Below are positions 57,485 through 64,000 of a stretch of DNA of 64,000 nt, in pieces. Under the pieces are notes generated by a model. That model was not told the origin of the DNA, did not search any database, and worked only from the letters and a program-made list of their open reading frames with translations. Within the stretch, counting starts at the first letter, position 1. Every line of letters begins with the position of its first letter. A program made the translations under genes and the position numbers. The DNA comes from Clostridia bacterium (GTDB taxonomy: Bacteria; Bacillota; Clostridia; Christensenellales; CAG-138): contig JAFWVQ010000047.1 of NCBI GenBank assembly GCA_017523925.1, positions 7,482-71,481 of the forward strand. The letters run 5' to 3'.

Positions 57485-57513
57485 ATTATAGCATTTTCGG
57501 ATCGAAAACTCAA
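57485..57513 (-). promoter_or_regulatory. extended -10 promoter (TTGAGT-17-TGcTATAAT) for the radical SAM gene
   Basis: The reverse complement of 57485-57513 is 'TTGAGTtttcgatccgaaaaTGCTATAAT'. Confidence 0.45.
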
Positions 57514-57765
57514 GGCGCGGGAACAAAGCGCATGAAAGCGTGAAAGCGCGATATGCGCGGATAAACACAAGGAGCGGAGGCGAAAAAGGGCTTCGCGCCG
57601 CTCCTTTGCCGCGGCTTTGAGCCAAAAGCATCGAAAAATAAATAAAGCTTGGATCAAATTCCATGAATCAAACTTCGCGCTTTGCGAAACAATAAGCCTG
57701 GCGGTTCAAAGCCGCTTATTCTGCCGTTTTATCGATCCATGAAACGGCTTGTTTTCGGAGGCAAT

Positions 57766-58296
57766 ATGAAAAGGATCATAAGCTTGACCGCGGCGGTGTT
57801 TTTCGCGCTTGCTGTTTTGGGCGGCCTTGCCTGCTCCATGAAGGACACGGGCAAAACCACGCCCTCGCCAAGCGCAAGCCCCACCGTGGATGCAACAAGA
57901 AGCGGAATGCTTCAGCCCTCGGCCTCGCCGAGCACTTCCCCAAGCGCTTCACCGAGCGCAGCTCCCTCGGCTTCCCCATCGCCCGATGGGAGCGCGGAGC
58001 CCTCGCTCTCGCCCGATATGAGCCCGGGCTCGTCCCTTTACCCGAACACCACCCCGGGCGCGGATGAGCTTATCGACGGCTTTATGGAAGGGCGAGTTAT
58101 CGATCCCTCGGAGATACCCGAGATCGCGGCGCATATCGGCAGGGAGTTTCCGGAGCACACCATTCAGTCCGTAACGCACGCGCTTTTTGAGGGCAGGCAG
58201 GCGTACCGCGTGGTGCTCCAAGGGGACGGCGAGCTTTCGCGGGTGCTGTTCGTTTTCCCAAGCGGAAGCATACTTCTTCCCGCTGCGGCGGATTGA
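57766..58296 (+). CDS. lipoprotein with Ser/Pro-rich linker
   Basis: Start at M29, with 'ggaggcaatATG'. Lipobox 'LGGLACS', then '(SASP)n', then a ~100-aa C-terminal domain. Confidence 0.6.
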   Translation: MKRIISLTAAVFFALAVLGGLACSMKDTGKTTPSPSASPTVDATRSGMLQPSASPSTSPSASPSAAPSASPSPDGSAEPSLSPDMSPGSSLYPNTTPGADELIDGFMEGRVIDPSEIPEIAAHIGREFPEHTIQSVTHALFEGRQAYRVVLQGDGELSRVLFVFPSGSILLPAAAD

Positions 58297-58329
58297 CTGA
58301 CTATGCTTGTGCCGTAGGCGAAAGCGGCA

Positions 58330-58357
58330 AACGGGGCGAAATTTCGCCCCGTTTTGA
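58330..58357 (+). terminator. rho-independent terminator
   Basis: 'aaacggggcgaaatttcgccccgttttgatt'. Confidence 0.7.
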
Positions 58358-58363
58358 TTCTAT

Positions 58364-58425
58364 AAGTGAATAGTGAATAATGAATAATTGAGGTTGAAAT
58401 TCCTGTGGAATTTCTTGATTTTGCT
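58364..58425 (+). repeat. TAGTGAA-heptamer array element, copy H
   Basis: 'taagtgaatagtgaataatgaataattgaggttgaaattcctgtggaatttcttgatttt'. Confidence 0.8.
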
Positions 58426-58513
58426 TTTGCCGCCAACGAACTTGGTTTTTTATCATCCTCGGGGTACGCTTTGCGGCGGTAAAATATTATTCCGAAGCAT
58501 AAAATAAAACAAA

Positions 58514-58588
58514 TACCGCCGAAGCGGTATTTGCACCTTAACTATTCGCTATTCATTATTCATTATTCAATATTCATTGAAGCGATCC
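58514..58588 (-). repeat. TAGTGAA-like heptamer array (copy I, inverted) fused to a different hairpin terminator
   Basis: The minus strand reads 'aatgaatattgaataatgaataatgaatagcgaatagttaaggtgcaaataccgcttcggcggtatttgttttatttt'. Confidence 0.65.
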
Positions 58589-59167
58589 TTACTCGATCAC
58601 GATCTGCTTTATCCCTTTAAAGATCTTATTATGCTGATCGTCTCCGTCCGCGCTCTTGAGAACGAGCATACAGCCGGCTTCCGCATCGGGGTCGATGCCG
58701 CCGCGCTGAAGCGCGAGCACGCTTTCAAGCAGATTCACGCCGTCAAGCTCCTTAAGAAGGTCGGTCTCCGTGCCGTCCACGCCGATAAGCTTGAAGGTTT
58801 TGAAGTTTTCATACTCGATCGTGCCGCTTGCGGCGTAGATGAGCCCCTTCATATAAACGCCGATGAAGTACATGGGCTTGCCGCCGCGCGCGGTTTCATC
58901 CGCATCGTCCCAGCCCACGATCTGGCCGCGGTCGAGCGTCCAGAGCTCGGTGCCTGTGTAGGTTTTTTCGCTGCCCATCGCCGATATCTTGAGCACCTCG
59001 GTATCGCCGAGGCTCTGCCATTTGACGGGCGGCATCCACGCCTCACGATACGGCGTGTTCGGCGGGTTGGTAGTAACGGGTTTGTCGCCGCCGCCCGCGC
59101 AGGCAAGCGCCGAAAGAGCGAATAAAGCGGCAAGCATCAGCGCGCCTATCTTGAACAATCTTTTCAT
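58589..59167 (-). CDS. lipoprotein, unknown function
   Basis: Signal peptide with lipobox 'LSALAC', 192 aa. Confidence 0.55.
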   Translation of the reverse strand: MKRLFKIGALMLAALFALSALACAGGGDKPVTTNPPNTPYREAWMPPVKWQSLGDTEVLKISAMGSEKTYTGTELWTLDRGQIVGWDDADETARGGKPMYFIGVYMKGLIYAASGTIEYENFKTFKLIGVDGTETDLLKELDGVNLLESVLALQRGGIDPDAEAGCMLVLKSADGDDQHNKIFKGIKQIVIE

Positions 59168-59329
59168 AGTTTTTCCCCTTTCTCAGTTAAAGTGGTCTTT
59201 CTTCGCGGGCAGCGCCCGCCCCACGTCAAAAGTATAGCAGACGCGGACGAAATAATCAAGCATTACATTTTACCTTTGCCATGACCCCGAGGGCGCGCAT
59301 TCCGGACCGCGCTTGCTCCTTCACCGCGT

Positions 59330-60706
59330 TTACTCCTTTACCGCGCTTACCTCGCAAACTCCGTAATATTTAAGGCACGCGATCGCCGCTTCATCGAGCC
59401 TTTCGCCCGCGATCGCTATCGGCACGGCGGGCGGGCAGGCGCAGTGATCGAGCGCGAGGATGCGTCCCGAGGCGTTCTCGACTGGCACCCGCTCCTGCGG
59501 CGCAAGCACCGCCTCCCGAATGGATAGCGCGCGCTCAAGGCGGGGCGCGGCGGGCGGTTTTTCCTTTATTGGAGCGCGTTTTTCTATGGAAAGCAGCGCT
59601 TTTTCGATGCGGCGGAGCGCGGCTTCGTCCGTTTGCATCGAGAGCATAAGCACCGTGAAATCGGGATCGGCGAACTCGCACTCGATGCCGTTTTCGCGCA
59701 GATGCTCCGCAAGCTCATGCCCCGTATAGCCCTTGCTTTTCGGCGCAAGCGTCAGCTTCAGGCGCTCGCTCCCGATGAGCGCATAGCCGAAGCTTTCAAG
59801 CCTTTGTTTGAGCTTTTCGATGCGCTGAGCCGTTTTTTCAAGCTTTTTTTCGTAGCCTGCGCCGCAGATTTCGTTGAAGGCATCCAGCGACTGCATGATC
59901 AGATACGACGGGCTTGTGGAAGCAAAGAGCGAAAGCGCCTTCTCCGCCATCGCGGAAAAGAGCTTTGGAGCTTCGGCATTTATATGAAGATACGCCGCCC
60001 CGGTAAGGCAGGGCAGGGTCTTATGAGCGCTGTCGCAGCAGATATCGGCGCCGAGCGCCATGGGGTGCAGGCAGGGCTTCAAAAAGCGCAGATACGCGCC
60101 ATGGGCGTTGTCCACCATAAGCGGAACGCCGTGAACCTTGCAGACCCTTGCAAGCGCGGCGATATCCGCGATGTTTCCGAGATAATCGGGCGAGGTGATA
60201 TAGACCGCGATCGGCTTTTCGCCCTTTTCACCGCAGCTTGAAAGCGCGGCTTCGAGCGTCTTCTCATCCACGGTGCAGCCGAGCAGCCCGTTTTCCGCGC
60301 CGTTTTCCTCATTTTCACTTTGATAGAGCCAATCTATATCAAGATCGAGCAGCGCGGCGGCGGAGATCAGCGTTTTATGCGCGTTTCTGCCCGCAAGCAC
60401 GGTTTTCGACCCGCTTCCGCGCTCCTTCGCATGCATTTGGGCAAGAAAAAGCATTGCGCGGATGCATAAAGACGAGCCCTCGGCGGAATAGAAGGTATCG
60501 CCCGTTCCGAAGATATCGGCGGCGATGCGCTCGCTTTTTTTGATGATGCCGCTTGCGCCGTATAATTCGTCCGCGCCGCTTATCTCGGTTATATCCCGCG
60601 CCTCGCAGCCCAAAAAAGCGGCCCCCTTGTGCCCGGGCATATGCGCCCGCACGGTGCCGCTTTTCGCGTAGTTATCCACAAAATCGCAGATGGGCGTTTT
60701 GCTCAT
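59330..60706 (-). CDS. Orn/Lys/Arg decarboxylase-family PLP-dependent enzyme (small form)
   Basis: 'MPGHKG' N-terminal hallmark and PLP-lysine 'DSAHKTLP'. The start overlaps the maturase stop (ATGA). Confidence 0.75.
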   Translation of the reverse strand: MSKTPICDFVDNYAKSGTVRAHMPGHKGAAFLGCEARDITEISGADELYGASGIIKKSERIAADIFGTGDTFYSAEGSSLCIRAMLFLAQMHAKERGSGSKTVLAGRNAHKTLISAAALLDLDIDWLYQSENEENGAENGLLGCTVDEKTLEAALSSCGEKGEKPIAVYITSPDYLGNIADIAALARVCKVHGVPLMVDNAHGAYLRFLKPCLHPMALGADICCDSAHKTLPCLTGAAYLHINAEAPKLFSAMAEKALSLFASTSPSYLIMQSLDAFNEICGAGYEKKLEKTAQRIEKLKQRLESFGYALIGSERLKLTLAPKSKGYTGHELAEHLRENGIECEFADPDFTVLMLSMQTDEAALRRIEKALLSIEKRAPIKEKPPAAPRLERALSIREAVLAPQERVPVENASGRILALDHCACPPAVPIAIAGERLDEAAIACLKYYGVCEVSAVKE

Positions 60707-62076
60707 TCCATATTCTCCAAAAGCCTTGAGGCTTCAAGCATTATCGCGCACTCCATGCGCTTTTTGAACAGCTCGCAGCCCGGCTTATACACGCCGCGTA
60801 TGCTGCCCGTGGCGTGGTAGGCGTTCGCCGCGCAGCCGCCGGAGCAGTACAGCTTCGCCCAGCAGTCGCGGCAGTCCTCGCGCGCGTACACGTTGCATGA
60901 GGCGAATTCGTCGCGCACGGCGGTATTCGTTACGCCCTCGAAAACACTGCCGAGGCGGTAGCTTTCGTCGCCCACGAACTGGTGGCAGGGGTAGAGATCG
61001 CCCCAGGGGGTAACGGCCATATACTCCGTGCCGCTGCCGCAGCCCGAGATGCGCTTATAGATGCAGGGGCCGCCGGTGAGGTCGATCATATAATGATAGA
61101 ATGTAAACGGTTTTCCTTCGGCGCGGCAGGCTTTCATCAGCTCCGCAAGCTCCTCATACTGGCGCATGACCAGCTCGATATCGTCTTTCGTCAGCGCGCT
61201 CGGATCGTCCTCGGCGCAGACCACGGGCTCCATCGAAAGCTCGGTGAAGCCAAGGTCGAGCATCGCCTTTACGTCCTCCAAAAAATCGGGGTTGTGGTGG
61301 GTGAACGTGCCGCGCATATAGTAACCCTTGCCGCCGCGCGATCTAACGAGCTTTTGGAATTTCGGCACTATTTTATCGAAGCTGCCGTTGCCCGCATAGT
61401 CCACGCGGAAGCGGTCATGCACCTCCTTGCGCCCGTCAAGGCTCAGAACCACGTTGCTCATCTCGCGGTTTGCAAAGTCGATAACGTCGTCGTCGATCAA
61501 AACGCCGTTCGTGGTGAGCGTGAAGCGGAAATTCTTGTTGTGCTGCTTCTCGATGCTTCGCGCGTACTCGGTCAGCCGCTTTACAACGTCAAAATTCATC
61601 AGCGGTTCGCCGCCGAAGAAATCGACCTCGAGATTATGCCTCGTGCCCGAGTTTTCGATGAGGAAATCGAGCGCCCGTTTTCCGACCTCGAAGCTCATCA
61701 GCGCGCGTTCGCCGCTATATTTGCCCTGAGAGGCGAAGCAGTAGGAGCAATTCAGGTTGCAGGTATGCGCCACGTGCAGGCAAAGCGCCTTCACTACGCC
61801 CGCCGTTCGCGCCTTGAGTTCGCCCGCCATCGGCTCGAAATCGTCGGGCGCGAAGAGCTTGCCCGCCGCTTTGAGCTCCGCAATATCGTTATAACATTCC
61901 TCAACTTCGTTTTCGGATACGCCGAAGCGCGCGGAGAGCTCCTCAGCCAGCTCCTCCCGCGTTTTTTCCTCGAACCCGCCGATCAGCTCATACGCAAGTT
62001 CGTCCACCGCGTGAACGCTTCCCGAGCAGGTGTCGATGACCATATTCATTCCGCCGAGTTTATATCGATGTATCAT
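60703..62076 (-). CDS. SCIFF radical SAM maturase (thioether-forming rSAM/SPASM)
   Basis: 'CNLNCSYCF' cluster and C-terminal SPASM cysteines ('CGSGTEYMAVTPWGDLYPC...CRDCWAKLYCSGGC'). Lies immediately downstream of a SCIFF precursor. Confidence 0.8.
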   Translation of the reverse strand: MIHRYKLGGMNMVIDTCSGSVHAVDELAYELIGGFEEKTREELAEELSARFGVSENEVEECYNDIAELKAAGKLFAPDDFEPMAGELKARTAGVVKALCLHVAHTCNLNCSYCFASQGKYSGERALMSFEVGKRALDFLIENSGTRHNLEVDFFGGEPLMNFDVVKRLTEYARSIEKQHNKNFRFTLTTNGVLIDDDVIDFANREMSNVVLSLDGRKEVHDRFRVDYAGNGSFDKIVPKFQKLVRSRGGKGYYMRGTFTHHNPDFLEDVKAMLDLGFTELSMEPVVCAEDDPSALTKDDIELVMRQYEELAELMKACRAEGKPFTFYHYMIDLTGGPCIYKRISGCGSGTEYMAVTPWGDLYPCHQFVGDESYRLGSVFEGVTNTAVRDEFASCNVYAREDCRDCWAKLYCSGGCAANAYHATGSIRGVYKPGCELFKKRMECAIMLEASRLLENME

Positions 62077-62146
62077 TTATTAAATCATTATTTGAAACGC
62101 CCTTAGCGTTTCATCCTAAATTTCTTCATTAGCAAAGCGGCTTCAT

Positions 62147-62173
62147 TAGTAAAAAATGCCGCCCGAAGGCGGC
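62147..62173 (-). terminator. intercistronic hairpin (attenuator) between SCIFF peptide and maturase
   Basis: The minus strand reads 'gccgccttcgggcggcattttttact'. Confidence 0.55.
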
Positions 62174-62185
62174 AAATCCTTGCTT

Positions 62186-62338
62186 TTACTCCGCCTTCTC
62201 GGCGTTCTCGCACTGCTGGTTCGCAATGCCGCAGCTGGTCTTGCAGGCGCTCTGGCAGGAGGTCTGGCATTCGCCGCAGCCGCCGTTCTTCGCGCTTTCG
62301 CAAAGGGTCTTTTCGTTAAGAGTAACGATGTGTTTCAT
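62186..62338 (-). CDS. SCIFF ranthipeptide precursor (six cysteines in forty-five residues)
   Basis: Manual translation gives MKHIVTLNEKTLCESAKNGGCGECQTSCQSACKTSCGIANQQCENAEKAE. GGAGG 8 nt upstream. Below the track cutoff. Confidence 0.85.
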   Translation of the reverse strand: MKHIVTLNEKTLCESAKNGGCGECQTSCQSACKTSCGIANQQCENAEKAE

Positions 62339-62372
62339 TTTGGTATCCTCCGAAAAAGATTTTAACTGACTA

Positions 62373-62401
62373 ATTATAGCATAGTAAAGCCGTTAAGTCA
62401 A
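62373..62401 (-). promoter_or_regulatory. promoter TTGACT-17-TGcTATAAT for the SCIFF operon
   Basis: The reverse complement is 'TTGACTtaacggctttactaTGCTATAAT'. Confidence 0.5.
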
Positions 62402-62495
62402 ATAAAAAAAGGATTTTTCATTTTTTCTTGACAAGCGTGCGCTTCTTGATGTATCTTTTAACCTAATTAAGCTCGATAAAAGAGAGGATAAACGC

Positions 62496-63167
62496 ATGGT
62501 CAACCTCGGCAACGATTGGGACGCCATCCTTGCGGATGAATTCGAAAAGGAATACTATAAGGAGCTTCGCCGCTTCCTTGTGAACGAATACCGCACGCGC
62601 ACGATCTATCCGAATATGAACGACATATTCAATGCGCTCAAGTTCACCTCGTTTGAGGATACGAAGGCGGTCATCCTCGGGCAGGACCCCTACCACGGCG
62701 AACATCAGGCGCACGGGCTCTGCTTCTCGGTGCTGCGCGGCATCGAGCCGCCGCCGTCCCTCAAGAATATCTATAAGGAGCTTGCTTCGGACGTGGGCTT
62801 CGTTCCCCCGATGCACGGCGAGCTGACGCATTGGGCGGAGCAGGGCGTGCTGATGCTGAACGCGGTTTTGACCGTTCGCGCACATCAGGCGAATTCCCAC
62901 AAGGGCTGCGGCTGGGAAAGGTTCACCGACCGCGTTATCGCCGAGCTGAACAATAAAAAGACGCCCGTCGTTTTCCTGCTTTGGGGCGCGAACGCAAGGC
63001 AGAAGGCGAGGGTCATAACGAACCCGATCCACGTTAAGCTCGAGACCGTTCACCCGAGCCCGCTCTCGGCGTACAACGGCTTTTTCGGCTGCAAGCATTT
63101 TTCAAAATGCAACGAGATACTTGAAAAAAGCGGGCAATCGCCGATAGATTGGCAACTACCCGATTAA
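62496..63167 (+). CDS. ung: uracil-DNA glycosylase (family 1)
   Basis: 'GQDPYHG' and 'HPSPLSA' motifs. Confidence 0.9.
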   Translation: MVNLGNDWDAILADEFEKEYYKELRRFLVNEYRTRTIYPNMNDIFNALKFTSFEDTKAVILGQDPYHGEHQAHGLCFSVLRGIEPPPSLKNIYKELASDVGFVPPMHGELTHWAEQGVLMLNAVLTVRAHQANSHKGCGWERFTDRVIAELNNKKTPVVFLLWGANARQKARVITNPIHVKLETVHPSPLSAYNGFFGCKHFSKCNEILEKSGQSPIDWQLPD

Positions 63168-63235
63168 ATAGTGAATAGAGAATAATGAATAGTGAATAGT
63201 TGAGGATGAAATTCCTGCGGAATTTCTTCGATCAT
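63166..63235 (+). repeat. TAGTGAA-heptamer array element, copy J
   Basis: 'TAAatagtgaatagagaataatgaatagtgaatagttgaggatgaaattcctgcggaatttcttcg'. Confidence 0.8.
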
Positions 63236-63253
63236 TGCCGGAGCTCAACTCAC

Positions 63254-63293
63254 CCGCCCCCGACAGTTCTCTGCCCGGGGCGGTTTTATTTAT
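63254..63293 (+). terminator. rho-independent terminator (inverted copy of the 35221 hairpin)
   Basis: 'ccgcccccgacagttctctgcccggggcggTTTTATTTAT'. Confidence 0.7.
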
Positions 63294-63349
63294 AAATCAT
63301 GGAAAAACCGCTTCGCGCCGAAAATAGTATAAAATTTTCTCCTAAAGCC

Positions 63350-63406
63350 TGTTGACAATTGTAAACAGGCTTGCTATACTATGTTTACAGTTGTAAATAG
63401 TGTAAA
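63350..63406 (+). promoter_or_regulatory. blaI/blaR1 promoter (TTGACA-17-TATACT) with BlaI/MecI-type operator dyads
   Basis: 'gTTGACAattgtaaacaggcttgcTATACTatgTTTACAgtTGTAAAtagtgtaaaca', with TTTACA..TGTAAA dyads overlapping the promoter. Confidence 0.55.
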
Positions 63407-63501
63407 CAAAAGCTTGATCCGCGCGGCCTCTGCCGCTGCAAGAGCAAGAACCCATCCCCGATGAAAGATACCCGAAGAAGATCGATAAAGGAGCGAGCGC
63501 T

Positions 63502-63909
63502 ATGGAAAAGGAACGACTTACGCTTACAGAGGCCGAATGGCAGGTAATGGAGTGCCTTTGGCAGCGCGCGCCCATTTCGGGCCGCGAGGTCTGCGAGAAT
63601 ATGGAAAAGGCGCGGGGCTGGAGCCGCAGCACGACGCTGACGCTTCTGCGCCGCATGACGGCGAAATCCGCCGTGGGCGAGGCGGAGGGCGAGGGCAAAA
63701 AGGCGTTTATTCCGCTTATCAGCCGCGATGAGGCCGCTATAAACGAAACCGAAAACCTGCTTGGCCGAGTGTATCACGGCAGCATGAGCCTCATGCTCAG
63801 CGCCTTCACGCGCAAACAGAGACTTTCTCAAAGCGAAATAGATGAAATGTATGCGCTGCTTTCGAAGCTTGAGGCGCGGAGCGGGAAGGGGGGCGAGGAG
63901 GATGCTTGA
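63502..63909 (+). CDS. blaI: BlaI/MecI/CopY-family transcriptional repressor
   Basis: 135 aa winged helix, 'LTEAEWQVMECLWQRAPISGREVCENM'. Confidence 0.8.
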   Translation: MEKERLTLTEAEWQVMECLWQRAPISGREVCENMEKARGWSRSTTLTLLRRMTAKSAVGEAEGEGKKAFIPLISRDEAAINETENLLGRVYHGSMSLMLSAFTRKQRLSQSEIDEMYALLSKLEARSGKGGEEDA

Positions 63910-64000
63910 ATGGATCGTCACCTCATGCGCGCTCATCCTGATCGTAACTGCGCTGCGCTATCTGCTTCGCGGCAGGATAAGCCTGCGCCTTCAATACGCG
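63906..64000 (+). CDS. blaR1: BlaR1/MecR1-family M56 peptidase sensor, N-terminal fragment (runs off window)
   Basis: 'MLEWIVTSCALILIVTALRYLLRGRISLRLQYA', a TM start overlapping the blaI stop. Confidence 0.55.

Noticed and set aside
7577-63235. TAGTGAA arrays as a possible CRISPR array
   Set aside because: Repeats are 7 nt, contiguous and without spacers. They are dispersed singly at gene ends. There are no cas genes.

Overview
High-GC (~60-65%) Firmicutes/Clostridia-type chromosome segment; it is probably a sporulating anaerobe with cellulosome-like dockerin proteins. The window starts in the origin-proximal block: a glgB fragment, then mnmE, jag/khpB, yidC, yidD, rnpA and rpmH, all on the minus strand. 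mnmG, rsmG, parAB and dnaA are not next to this block. After that come oxidative-stress and DNA-repair genes: an AlkD-NUDIX fusion, bcp and desulfoferrodoxin. A 1688-aa VWA+dockerin protein follows, then rplJ-rplL, and a 1588-aa S8 subtilisin that carries an internal dockerin and a C-terminal cleaved-adhesin-like lectin module. Further along are spoIIE, an orphan ParB-like protein, three tandem copies (one gene is a fused duplication) of an unrecognised 2-TM membrane protein family, and an ABC-2 exporter. An operon-like cluster of SPFH/COG4260, a Zn-ribbon protein and a TPM protein follows, and its 3' end is duplicated around a 1.3-kb low-GC island. The island carries an XRE repressor divergent from a Zn-ribbon peptide plus membrane protein module. 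Downstream are yycJ-rlmH, a YbaK-like deacylase, murG, a CDF transporter, malic enzyme, three tandem paralogous dockerin/cleaved-adhesin-like secreted proteins, and pepF and pepV. There is an orphan radical-SAM/SPASM enzyme. The classic SCIFF peptide and its maturase are present and are translationally coupled to a PLP decarboxylase. The window ends with ung and a blaI-blaR1 start. The most striking non-coding signal is a family of at least 10 copies of a (TAGTGAA)n heptamer array fused to a conserved weak hairpin and T-tract, placed immediately at gene 3' ends. It supplies stop codons in all three frames and then an intrinsic terminator. No rRNA, tRNA or CRISPR arrays were seen.
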